A stretch of DNA of 64,000 nt from Lytechinus pictus (Eukaryota). How positions within the stretch are numbered: the stretch's first letter is position 1; the number at the start of each line of letters is the position of its first letter. The notes beneath the pieces are model-generated. The model saw only the letters and a program-made list of their open reading frames with translations, did no database searches and was not told the DNA's origin. The stretch covers positions 31,932,001 through 31,996,000 of the forward strand of contig NC_087251.1 of NCBI RefSeq assembly GCF_037042905.1, in the 5' to 3' direction. Below, in pieces: positions 50,401-62,672 of the stretch. The translations under genes and the position numbers were made by a program.

Positions 50401-53400
50401 TCACCCCCTTGGTAGATGCCTCAATCACGATGGGAGCTTTCTTCTTTGATTCATCCTTAGATGGTTCTGCACCAATGTAATACACAAGAAAAGGTGATTA
50501 ATCTTAATTAATTAATCAATTTATCAAGATTGATCCTAAAACACTGACTCCAGCTCTCAACACCAAACATGTTATCATCCATTGCAGATATGAGATAAAA
50601 TGTTGTAAGAAATCGATGTTGCCAACAAATACTGCTGTAATAGACATTGTTATGTATAGTTGCATCAAATATGCATGTTATGTTATTAATTCTTAATGGT
50701 GAGCTGTACAATATTTAACTTACCAAATTCTATCTCAAGTACATGTATATGCATTTTATATTTCATATATAAACATCATCTGTAATTAATACCGGTAAAC
50801 TTTTTTCAATTACACACTAAGTTCCAGGTTAGGGGATTGACAGGGGTTGGCCCTGTAATGAGTTCTTGAAGGGTCTCCTTACCTAAGGGGTTTGTCTTTG
50901 GGGTGGGGCAAACTATCCACACTTGTAAACAAATTTTCAAAACACTCTTGTATTTCCAGAGCAATACAATGCAAATTTCCATGACTCCTTAACATTATGT
51001 GGTGCAAATCTTACGTACAAGGCATAATAAAAAACAGATTTGCATATTCATATATCTGTCCCACTTTACGCCAGTCAGGCTAGAGCATAATTAAACAGGT
51101 AAGAACTGTTTGCTTCAAGGCTTCCACAGAAAGCAATAATGCTTTCCTTTCACATTTCTACTTTAACTCCATGAGAAATCCAAAAGATTGAGAAACATAC
51201 ATCTGAAAGGTTTTTATTACCACTTTTGCCTCCAAGGACTGGAATTCCTTTGGTAGTGAAATCTTCTTCTTCCATCTTCTCAGGTGGTTCTTGCTCTTCT
51301 TCTATCTCCACATTCTGTATTGAAAACAAGTCAAATACTTTAATAAGCCAGTGTGGATTCAGGGTCATATTTAATTCCTATATCTGAAGAACGATGATTG
51401 AGAAAGTAAGAATCCAAAGAAAATTAGAATTTCATTGCAGAGAGCATTTCATAAACATAATTGAAATCTATTTATTTTGTTAAAATTGTAACTCATAATC
51501 AAAGGTCATCTATGTGATGGTTATCAAGGTGACAGAAAGGTAAGTAAAAAAGTACAGTGACGATGATGTGTGCAATGGTCAACCATTAGGGAGGTTTCAT
51601 CATCTTTGGCAATTCTAACTGCCAAATTTGAACTCAGCCAATCACATACAAAGATTTCAGTAGCTTTCAACAATTGTTAGAAAAGTTGAAAAATTTATGA
51701 AACAGCCCTGAAGACTCTTCAAATATACAAATTCATGATGAACTAAACAAACTACTCAATTCAGATTAAATACCGGTATGTGTTAAAGGAAGCACATGGC
51801 TACAAATGGAAGAGAAACAAACAAAAATAACTGAATTTAAAATTCATCACTACTGATTACTTTTTAGGAATTATGACTCGGCGTGAGATGACCAAGCATT
51901 GTGTATAAATATAAGATATATGAGGATAGGCTGTGATATAGAGAGATTTGGGGGAAGAGCAAGTCCGAAAAGCAGGAGTCTTATAATTAATGCATGAGAC
52001 TTGCCTACTCCAGCTCCTCCCTTTAACCCTTCTTCTCTTTCTCCTTCTCTTTCCTCTCTAATACTCACTTCATAATTGGTAGGTTTGATACCAGCAGCCG
52101 CTAGCTGATTGCTGACCATCCTAGCTAGATGTTGTACCTGTGTATCTGTGCCAGCTGCTGCTATGGGTGTATAGGTAGCCTGGAATGTGGCTGGCATTGT
52201 GTCTGGCAAAGAAACCTGCACACACAAAAACAAACATGCTCACCAGGGGGGTGTTTCACAAAGAGTCAAGTATGACTAATAGACATGGTCTGTAACGCAA
52301 TACGTGACAGTGCGTGTCCTCTTAGTATGATTTGACCAATGCGGTGAAGCCTATTATACTGCATGCAAATGAGAATTCAAGTGCGACACTAAGTCACATA
52401 TATATGTATTTCTGTATAAAATTCAATATGGGCAATATCTTATTTAACACAAAGACATGTCATAAGATATATACTCTTCCTCCCAGTCATAAAAATAAAT
52501 CAAATTATATATATTTGCAATTTCCAGTCATTTACTGAATACTTAAAGAAAATTAATGGTCTCATTTACATGATGAGTCCATATGACTGCAAGAGTTTTG
52601 ATAAGATACGTCAACTATCATTATAGTAAATATTACATGCAATCCAGTCAACTGTATGTAAATTGACTCTTTCAGCTTGTACTGCTGATCAATCTCTATA
52701 TTTCAATAAATAGATAAATAATTCAACAAGTGAAAACATACAAGCTGCAAAGAAATTATTAACCAAACAACACTTTTTTGTTAATTATGAATGTGCGTAC
52801 TATACTGTACTACAGAGAAACAGGTTTTGTAACGTTTTCATGGTTATGAAGCAAAAATGAAATACATACCATACTAAGTAGAACCAGGTTTGCTACGTTT
52901 TCATGGTTACGAAGCAATGGTTCAACCTCGGCCGCCAAGAGATCGATCACGGTTGCTTTGGTGACCCTCTTACTTGGTCCTGGCTCGTCTTTCTTCTTCC
53001 CTTCTGCACCCTCCTCTTCATCATCAAGAACCTTCACAGGGAGAAAACAAAAGCGTATCACTTCATACAAGGCCTACTGCATACCCTTGAGAAATACATA
53101 TTAGGGCTACACTGTGTGATTGTGTAACACAGTCATTCACAAACTATTTGTTTATTTGGGCATGTGTGGGCACATCACGGTCTAGAGGTTGTGTCATCTT
53201 TAAAAAGAGGGTCATAGGTTCAAATACCAGAGATGGCGTGTTTTCCTTAAAGTAAGGAACTAATTCACACTGTGCTGCACTTGACCAAGGTGAAGGTAAG
53301 ACTGAGCACTGTTGATAAAATGATAGCTAGAGCCAAATCCAGGGGTAATCATAGTGGCACTTGGTACGCTCCAAAAGTGGGCGCTATATAAATCCAGCCA

Positions 53401-53833
53401 TTATTTATCATTATCATTTCTACCCTCTGTGTACACAAAAAACACTCTATAAATCTGATAATAATAAATGTGATTTGTAATGCGCCAAATCCACTCTGCA
53501 GAGTGCCCAAGGCGCAGTAAAAGAAAGAGAGAGAGAACAGTACAAATACAAAGATAAATTAAGGAACAATTAAGAATAGGAAGCATTGAACAGACGCGTC
53601 TTATATTATCATCATTATTATTATCATTATTATTTACCTTTTGCTTTTTCCTTGTGCTCTGATCACCTTCTGCTTCATTACGAGATCGCTTCGGTCTTTC
53701 CGATACCCTTGGTGTGTTACGGATAATCTAAATTGGAAGTTACATAACATGAAACCACATTATAAAAATACCTCATTAAAAAAATAATTTAAAAATAATA
53801 TGAAACAAGCTCTTCAGGTGTTGTATTATTGTG

Positions 53834-53864
<31 letters not shown>

Positions 53865-56800
53865 GGGGGGGGGGGCAATTTTGTTCTCATTATTTCCAGC
53901 AGATCAAAAAGTTGTGCAATGGAGGTTACCAGAAGATACCAGTATGGCAATAGTCTTCTTCTCCATCTTAAAGATCAATCACCTAAATATTCTTTCACAC
54001 ATTCAGACTCTCAACTAGTACCATCCAATAATTGATTATTGGATGCATACATTACAACTGCAACATAGAAGATACAATAATTTGTATAATTGAGAATAAC
54101 AATAAGTCTGTCGCAAATTGAAGTTATAATCAATCACATCTGTTTGTGTTAGAGAACCTACCTCAACTTCAGAAGCTCCTAAATCAGTAAGGAGAGTACC
54201 AATATTACGTCTGAGATCAACCGATGACCGGTGACGTAGAAGACCAAACAGCTGAATCTGAAATATGCAACACAGGATAGTATTTAGAATTTCATTCTGA
54301 TCTCACTTTAAAATCTGGCTAATATCTATCCAGCCTCTTTTATTGACTGGCCGTCTCCCTACCGTTTTTTTGCTTTAGTTTGCATCCAATTTACCAACAA
54401 GAGCATGTTTAAGGTACACCCAATTTTGTTTTCTATTGAAGCGGAAATATATTGTTGATAATTTACATCCACCCTTTAATGCTAATACATCTCATACAAA
54501 TAGACCACACTACCTTGTAAATTTTCATAGAAATTGTAACCCATCTAACTGTTCATTAAAATATATATATTTAGATGATAAATTATGAAATTTTCAAGAC
54601 AATGTTATACATATTTATATTGAGAGAAAAATGTAGCAATTGTTTAAGAATGTAAAATGGAATAGGCAAGGGTGTAATGAAGAAAGATGGGACTCACCTT
54701 GAGTGATTTACGAACACTGCTAACTTGAGATTTAGACAATGTTGGAGGGAGGTTCACTGGAATGAAGACAGGCAATAATGTTAACATAGATATACTGCAT
54801 TGAGAGCTTGAAACAAGTTATAATTAAAACTACATGGAAAGGGATATAATGATTTCGTGGAAGTGGATGGGAGGAGAGAGGTGATGGGGGAGAGTACAGT
54901 AACTGTATGGTTTCAGAGAGAGAGAGAGAGAAAAAAGCCCCCAAATATTGGAGAGAAATACTTTAAAAAATTGAAATAACAATAATAATGATCTTTATCA
55001 ACTGATTAATAATATTTTCTTTAAACAATGATTTACATTGATAACCTAATTCATGAAAAAATAGGAAACACTTACCATGTAGATTTTCAAATGCTTGGAT
55101 GACTTTGGGCATAGAGTCTGGTCTCTGTTTCGCAATAGATGTGAGTGAACCCATGCACACCATCAGATTAATACTGCAATAAAACCAAATTAACAAACAC
55201 AACACAAATAAGCTGCAAACTATACATAATGTATTTCACATCAGGATCAAGTACCTTGGAATGAAAGAGACAGAAAACAGTATCAAGAATAATTAGGTAA
55301 GTTCTTGAATGAACGCTGATTTACTCATCTTGAATGAAACATTGTGTCTGTGTCCCCAGGGACGCAAGTTTTAATCAATGTAATATTGACAAATGGCAAT
55401 TCATATGGACTAAAAAGAGAGACATACATCAAACAGGGTAGATTTCCCATATTCTATCATATCATAGACCTACCAGTATTAATTTTTGCTTTCAAAGAAA
55501 AGAATATTCTTGTTTCATAAAGCTGTCTGTTTTTAAAGTTACGCATGACTTTCCACACAAATGGAACATGTTCTTAGGTGCTAAGTCAGCTACATAGGTA
55601 TCACTGGTGGATCCAGGGGGGGGGGCACAGTCGGCCCGTGCCCCTACCCCTTCTGAGAAGCAAAATTAAAATTTGCAATGTAAAAATGCCATTAAAACAG
55701 AGTTGTGCCCTCTCTTTTGAAAAGTTTTTTTTTTGCTTGTCAAAAATTTTCGAGAACGAAATATCCTAAATTTTTGGTTAAAAACCTTTTTTTCCCCTTC
55801 TGATTGTCAACTTTTTCTTAGAAAAATATGCCCCCCCCTTTTGGAAAATCATGGATCCGCCCCTGATAGGTATGTATCATTTACCACAAGAAAGGGTCAC
55901 CAGTCGTGCGTAACGTCATTTGTAACTTACTACCAGCTTAATGAAACACACACCTGGATATACTGGCAGACACCAGGAGACTCAAGAGAGCATCCAAACT
56001 ATGTGTTCCTTCATGCTGCAACTTCTTCTTGATAAGGAGAGAGTTACCATCTGGGAACTGAAATAAAAAAATATATAACAGTGTCAGGTGAATTGCATAG
56101 AAATTTATATAGTATGAAACTTTCAACTCTACCAAATACACTATACCTGCATTCCAATGAGTACAGATGAGTGTGGTAAAGTAGATTTGGTGCGAGGCTT
56201 GCACTCCAATGTAAAAGCATATTATGGTGAAATCTACTGAATATCAAGTGAACGATTTGGATGAAGTTGTAATTTAAGATAAAAAATGACATTCTTAACC
56301 TTTGAACTTTACCTGATGATGAAAAAAACCTCACCACCTCATCATAATTGCTATATGCATACATATCCTAAGGTTTAAGTTGAGTCTGTTGTGTTTGCCT
56401 CTGTCTGTAGAGTTATACTTGACGACTACAGAAACAGTCTAAGATATAAGTTTAGTCAACCATTTAATCCAACTAGCCCATGTTTCCAGGCGTATCATTT
56501 TCAACTCAAGAGGGCGCTCATTGTTACAACGCTATAGCTTAGACTCATTATGTAACAGAGTCTTTTTTTTTATAATTGTTTTGAGAATGAAAGCAGGACA
56601 GATAGACAAACCTTAAAATGCAACACCTCCATCAAACACCATTCAGCGAATAATTTTCCTGGTATCGCATAGCAATTTGCTCTACATATTCTGAAGACTG
56701 CTATACAAAAATTCTTGATTAGCAAATTTTTATATAGGACTGTACAAAACTTAGTTGAGAGCCCGTTGAGAGCTCATCTCTTATGGCCAAATATGCTAAT

Positions 56801-59800
56801 CAAATTTGGCAATCAAGATTATTCCATGCCACCTATGGAGGCATAAACCTTATCAAGTAAAAGTAAGTTTGACAAATGATAACGTAATTCTCACCTGATC
56901 AAGAGTGATATCGGATTCAGCTCTCTTTGGTACTAATGAATCAGAGGACTTAGCAGAAAGGGTAGTAGCTATCATTTCTGAAAATTTGATGGCATATGTT
57001 CGCACTCTGCAATAAAAAATACCAATATAGGTCAGAAATGTCATTTGATGTTCTTATTTGCAAACTTTGAAGAACATGTACCCAATTTACACAAGACTAA
57101 ATCAATCAAATATATTCCACAACAAGAAAGATTAAATGAAATTACAAGACATTAATAGAAGCATTAGATCAACCTATTTTGGGGATTCAGATATTCAGAT
57201 ATTCAAAACTTACTGTCATGCTCAAATAAAATAAAATTACTTTGGCCTAAAAATCATATTCCGGCTGTTGGTATACAAAGAACAATATATAACATATAAT
57301 AAATAATTACAAAAAATAAAATCAAGAAATAGAGGCCAAAATGCTATGTACTCCAAAGATTTCATTTTCAATAACAATAAATAGCCTTCATAAAATATAT
57401 CTAATAACAAAAAGTCTTTCTGCAGAGCTGTTAGCAAGAATCCCACAGAGCATCATTCCCATTCCATTTATTGATTTTCCTTACAAAACAATTGGGGTTA
57501 CGCAAATAAGATATAAAATCCCATGTGCAGTAAAAGCTTCAACATGACTTTCATTATTATATCTATACAGTTAGACATGTAAAGCCTTGCAGTACATTGC
57601 TGTTTGAAATTAACAGAATTGGGAGAAAAAGAAAGCAATATCATCCTTTCGCAATGGTCAATATTTGTTAAACAAATAGATGGTGGCATACATGTATCTG
57701 CTCAAAAATGAAGGCATTCAATAGATACATACCCATCGTTATCATCATCTAATAGCTCTGATACAATCTTCTTCTTCATCAACATCAGAGATGCCCAGCC
57801 GGCCTCGATCTCCTCTCGAATATCTTTCACACCGGCTATCCACTTCAAAAGAAATAAAAAAACACAAAATATAACATATCATATTCTTCCATTTTCATAA
57901 TCAAATCATTCGATTTCATATCAAACAGTAATGTGATTTGAAATCAAATTGAGGATTTCACTCTCATGTCTAAGAGCCATTATTGTCTTCCTCAATATGA
58001 CAGAATAAAAGCTAAACTGGTTACTTGAAACAGGAAATGCATTGGACCTAAAATGATGGAAACTTGCTATTGATTCAATGTAGCAAATGCTGAAATTTCA
58101 ATCATCCAATCATGTTTTTTCTCTCTCTTGGGGTAGGGGGGTTAAATGGTTAACAAGTAATATCATTGACCTATCAAAATAACAAAACTAATGAAAACTC
58201 TTAAAATTATCAGTTTGAATATTGAAGCTACAACCAAAATTGCACTAATGAAGATTTTACAAAAACATTAAAAAAAATATTTGTTCACTATGATAGAGAT
58301 ATACAGAAATCTGAAAAGGAATCAGGAATATTTTCTCCATCAAAGATACTTTTGAATACAGAGGCAAAATGGATTACCATTCTGAGATAAATATTAGCCC
58401 CCCCCCTGAACTTTTCAAACTTACTTTGATGGTCACTCTGAACAGTTGAGAGGTACATAAAATGACCCTCTTGATGACCGCAGCAGGTTGGTTTTCTTCT
58501 GTTAGCATCATATGAAGACGAGGCAACACTGTGCATAAAATCTGATTGTCTTTCTTGCTGCATCGAGGAAAAATGAACAAATAAACAAAAAAAAAGTTAA
58601 TGATATAATATTAGCAGAGATGCTAACTTTAAATTTATCTTTCAGGGAGAATTTAGTGAGGAAGGTGGGAGATCTTTCTTGATTACATGCAATCTAATGA
58701 AAAAAATCAAATGTATTAATTAATGAGATGTAGAAAATTTGCAGCCCTGCATCATGTGGGAGATGGTATACGATTCACCATATGGTTTGTCCTGAAAAGC
58801 AAAAAAGAGAAGTGAGATTGAGAAGTAACTTTTGTGAAACAAGGTGTAGTCCTTTAAAGGACTGTAAACCAGATGAGACTGATGACTCAGATGAGATTAG
58901 ATGAGAAGTCCTGATGGCGTTAAGTGGAAAATAAATAGATGAGTTGAGAAGTCCTAGTGGTGATCAGGAGATGAAAGGGGACAGGTAAGATGAGCAGTGG
59001 TGAGTAGAAGAGTTGAGGCGTCTCAAGATGTTGGGCAACCTGACTGTCAATCACCCAGGGTCCATCATCATGAAAGATACTTCTCACTTTCACCTTTTTC
59101 TTTCTCATCTTTCATTTTCATTTCTATCTCTCCACCAAGCAGCAGTCTTTTTCTGGACTAACCACATTTATGGTGAACCTTAAACATTTTTTCATGATAT
59201 CTGTAACACCATGCAAACCTTCGAAGATCATCTGATATAACATTGTTTCTTTCATGATTGATGTATGCAACTAGCATTGACTAAATGCCATGGACACATG
59301 ATGCATGAAGTTTTAAAATAACTGACACAATAATATCCTGTGGAGGAGCCGTGATGTAGTGGTTCTGACTCTCGCCTTGTAAACAGAGGGTCGTGTGTTC
59401 GAATCCCACCGCAGTCTGGCGTCCTTTGGCAAGGCGTTAATCCACACTTTGCCACTCTCGACCCAGGTGCTAAATGGGTACCCGGTAGGATGTGAAAGTC
59501 TTTGTAGCTTGTCCAGTACTGTGTGCGCCTCACCGGCGACTGACTGGAATACTCCCCAGGGAGTGGAGGATGTGCACACATTGTGTGCGGGAATGACTGA
59601 TTGAATCCGATGACCGGGGTAATAATATATCTGTAAAGCGCTTAGACACGTCGTTCCGATGTATTAAGCGCTATATAAAAAACGGATTATTATTATTATT
59701 ATTATATACAAAAATTTATTAATTATATATAGGCTGTCAACTTAAAATGTATATGATCTACAAGTACAGCCCTAAATAAAAAGCCTCAAAAGGCAAAAAA

Positions 59801-62147
59801 AACCAGTGCTTTAATTACTGTGCTACCTTCTTGAGGCTATCAATTTAATATTCCTTTCTAATTGAAGGGTCGTGTGGGATGGGACTTGCAGATTAATTTG
59901 AAATAAGTCAAACTCTTTTTTCGGGGGGGGGGGTGGAAAATTGTTTACTTATTAGAGAGTTTTCTTAAGGGATGATCTGTTCTCCATGTTTTTCTTTATT
60001 CAAAGACAAAAACAACAAATTCTTTGGTATTTTGCATTATAAAAGTAGAATGAAATCAAATGTAATTTTCTTACCAGGCACATTCTGCAAAGCTGAGTAC
60101 AAATTTCCTTACTTCTATGGAATCATCAAACTGAAACTGAAGAACTTCCTGCACAGATAAAAAAAAAATCTTTCATTATTTCAGTTTTAACACACAAAGC
60201 GTGTCACTATCATCAAGTTTATGTCTACCACTTCCCCTTCCACCTTCATTTTTGCTCCTACCAAGCAAGTATCACATATTCACATGCTATTTATGAAATC
60301 ATATATACAGACACATAAGAGTATAATTTATTCACCTTTAAAATGACATCATTGTCATGGCAAACCTCTGTTTAGTTAGCCAAGATATATTTCTGGTGAG
60401 ATGACAAAGCATATGTTATATAACTTCACATAATATAGAAAAAAACTGAAAAAGCCTCACAAAAATGACTTTTTTTTTAAGGTCAAGTTTGAAACACATG
60501 GCCGGATAGAAACATTTGGTAATGTTTGGAAAGAACAAAGGAATCTTACATCAAGAAAATTATCAAGTAGAGAAGGATCCTTGTCAATAATAAGTTGCTG
60601 GACTTGGGTCAAGTTGTTGATCTTCTGAGAATCCCTGGGTAAAGTGTGGGTTTGTTGCAGCAAGTCAACAACCTGTAGACAAGGGAGAAAAAACACACAA
60701 AAACCCCTTTACTCAACATGTACATAATTAATATGTCCAAACATGACAAATAATGTGTCTGGATAAACATAGCAATTTTAAGAAATATATTTAAAAAAAA
60801 AATTATAATTCAAAATTATTTAATCATAGTTGTCAACACTGATGGTTGTCAATATATTTGTGGTGGTGATTAAGAATCTAATGAGCATGACTCAATAAGA
60901 GTGGTTTCCCAAATTGAAATAGATCTACATGTAGGATGGGGGTTGTGTATCCGGACACTTTAAATCTTTGAAGTCTTGGGGGGGGGGGCTTTGGATTACA
61001 AAAAAATATGAATTTAATAGTTTTAAACTTCTTCAGTTTTGTTCTCAATAATATTGCCTAATCGTTTATAGTTAGGCCTACACTTAAAATTGATGAAACT
61101 TTTCTTGTTAACTTTCTCAAATGACTGTTTAAAATCAATTGTCCGAACACACAACCTATCGGGACACACACACACCAACTTGGTATACCAGTACATGAAA
61201 GAGCACACAAGGCAATATTTTCACTTTTTTAAATCACAGAAGATATAGGCCTAACTGAATGATCATTTGCTTTACATTATGTTTCTTCAGTTACATGTAT
61301 GTAGCCCTGCAGCGAGAGTGTAGTCAGCGGATTAAATAAGGGGGTTTGATACCTTCCCTTCTCCTTTTTTTCTCCCATATTTTCTCTTGCTTTTGAATTT
61401 TGACAATTAGAACGAATCCCAGAACCCTTTCTGGATACACTGGCTTGAAATATAGTCAACCATGACAGGAGTGTTACCCCTTTTGTTTACACAAATAAGA
61501 ACAAATTAATAAAACAAATTAGGGCCTAGTCTCACTCTCTATAATTATAAACACATAAAAAAGGGGGGGGAGTAACATCTTTACAAATCCAATGTGACAA
61601 TGTCACAATTGTTTACGACACCATGATGATGATACTAATAATGTAGTGGAGTGACTAGTGTTAGAACGAGGCATCATACATGAGCAATTCATGAAATTGG
61701 ATTCTAAAGCCAAAAGGGGGAGGCTAGTCTCGAAAGGCTATGTTGAGCGCTAGACACGGCCCATGCCACAGGATCCCTGGCTTTGAAATAGGCCATTTTA
61801 TCAACATATTTTTTTTTAAATCTGAGTCTTCTGACATGACTCGTTTTGATTGGCCGAGGATCAACAGCTAGTAGTATGACCATGATGACATAGCCTAGGC
61901 CCTACGGCATAGTCTACTTTGTTGGATAAACAACCATCAAGTTCTTTAAGACTTTTGTGCTCTCTTGACTTTAGTTTACGTTCCCAAACTGTCCCAAGTT
62001 TTCAAACAAAATTGAGACAATGAGACTGATTGAGAATGAGAGAAAAAAAAGATTCACCCGATCGGATACGGTTTGTCCTTCTCCTCCATCATCATCGTCC
62101 ATAAAAAATTGTGAAGCTACAGATAGCCTACTACTTCCGGCACTCAT
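38498..62147 (-). CDS. SYMPK: Symplekin (scaffold of mRNA and histone 3'-end processing), about 1236 aa, 27 coding exons
   Basis: Exons 5'->3' on minus: 62147-62058, 60672-60550, 60148-60075, 58557-58425, 57842-57733, 57006-56895, 56057-55954, 55173-55076, 54756-54698, 54257-54162, 53727-53638, 53031-52870, 52215-52069, 51314-51221, 50466-50296, 48789-48703, 46759-46567, 46158-46077, 45127-44945, 44759-44578, 43941-43872, 43264-43156, 42544-42444, 41641-41449, 40925-40690, 39957-39829, 38980-38498. All GT-AG, phases consistent, sum 3711 nt. Motifs [74 protein letters not shown] and LWEGFVKCC match symplekin. The exon 14 donor is the least certain boundary. Confidence 0.96.
44205..44470 (+). 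mobile_element. tRNA-derived SINE (degenerate)
   Basis: ggtctagtggtta (A box), ggttcgattcc (B box), core tgctgcactcatcccaggtgaggtgaatggatacc, ATT-rich tail. Confidence 0.7.
46917..48339. mobile_element. Non-autonomous hAT-type element, 1423 bp, copy 2
   Basis: 8-bp TSD GGTGTCTT (46909-16 and 48340-47); same termini and body as 17713-19160. Confidence 0.9.
48903..49684. mobile_element. Near-perfect 782-bp palindromic TTAA MITE
   Basis: TTAA (48899-902)|AGGAGAATGAAACCCTTGAAACCA ... TGGTTTCAAGGGTTTCATTCTCCT|TTAA (49685-88); arms of about 383 bp and a 16-nt spacer; near-identical 64-aa ORFs on both strands confirm the symmetry. Confidence 0.95.
53168..53420 (+). mobile_element. tRNA-derived SINE (degenerate)
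   Basis: ggtctagaggtt, ggttcaaatacc, core cactgtgctgcacttgaccaaggtg, tail gcgctatataaat...attatt. Confidence 0.6.
55602..55865. mobile_element. 264-bp hAT-type MITE
   Basis: 8-bp TSD ATAGGTAT (55594-601 and 55866-73); CACTGGTGGATCCAGG ... CATGGATCCGCCCCTG termini. Confidence 0.85.
59342..59704 (+). mobile_element. tRNA-derived SINE, near full length
   Basis: A box TGATGTAGTGG, B box GTTCGAATCC (59397-406), core actctcgacccaggtgctaaatgggtacccgg, tail aagcgctatata...(ATT)n. Confidence 0.85.
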
Positions 62148-62672
62148 TTTTACTTTCACACGTACTGCAACAGTGAGATTACAAGAAGAATTACAGAGCA
62201 GACAAAATTCAGTTCATTTCACTCCAAACCCAGTGGCCGCCTGCCCTGCCTAGCCTGCGCATATGTATAATGCATGAAATATGCATGTGATGCATGCACA
62301 GTATACAGCCGGTATACCGGTATGGTATCTTTAAGAACATTTTCTTTGTAAAACCAACTCGGGGAAATCGCTCGCTTCGAACCTGAACCTCGTCCTCGGC
62401 CTTTGCCCATACCAGGAATCTCTTTTCCAGGAAAAAAAGGATCGAATGCAACTACCAGCTGATTTTTCCAGTCCGATTACATCACAACAGTGCATTGGGT
62501 GTAGTTTTGAAGCAACAATAATGACAAAACTTCCTATTTTCGGTCGTAAGTGTGGTATCATCGGCGTTAGTGCACTTTCGCATCAGTCACATCGTCCCCG
62601 ACATCCGACCCAGCGGCAGCCGCGCCGGAAATCGGGCTGTGCCTGTGGAACACTGCTTGGTTTCGTCGGATG
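62148..62672. promoter_or_regulatory. CpG-rich SYMPK promoter region, possibly bidirectional
   Basis: GC/CpG-enriched island directly upstream of the SYMPK ATG; palindromes CCGGTATACCGG (62309-62320) and ATGCAT repeats; AT-rich DNA resumes after a + strand G|GTACGA at 62672/62673. Confidence 0.45.

Noticed and set aside
59342..59415. tRNA gene (A and B boxes present); likewise 36735-36806
   Set aside because: No complete cloverleaf or acceptor stem, and the sequence continues into a shared SINE core and tail.
62545..62570. Minus-strand NADDTTL resembling the LINE reverse transcriptase YADD motif
   Set aside because: Lacks the Y/F residue, the frame closes within about 25 codons and no other RT motifs are nearby.
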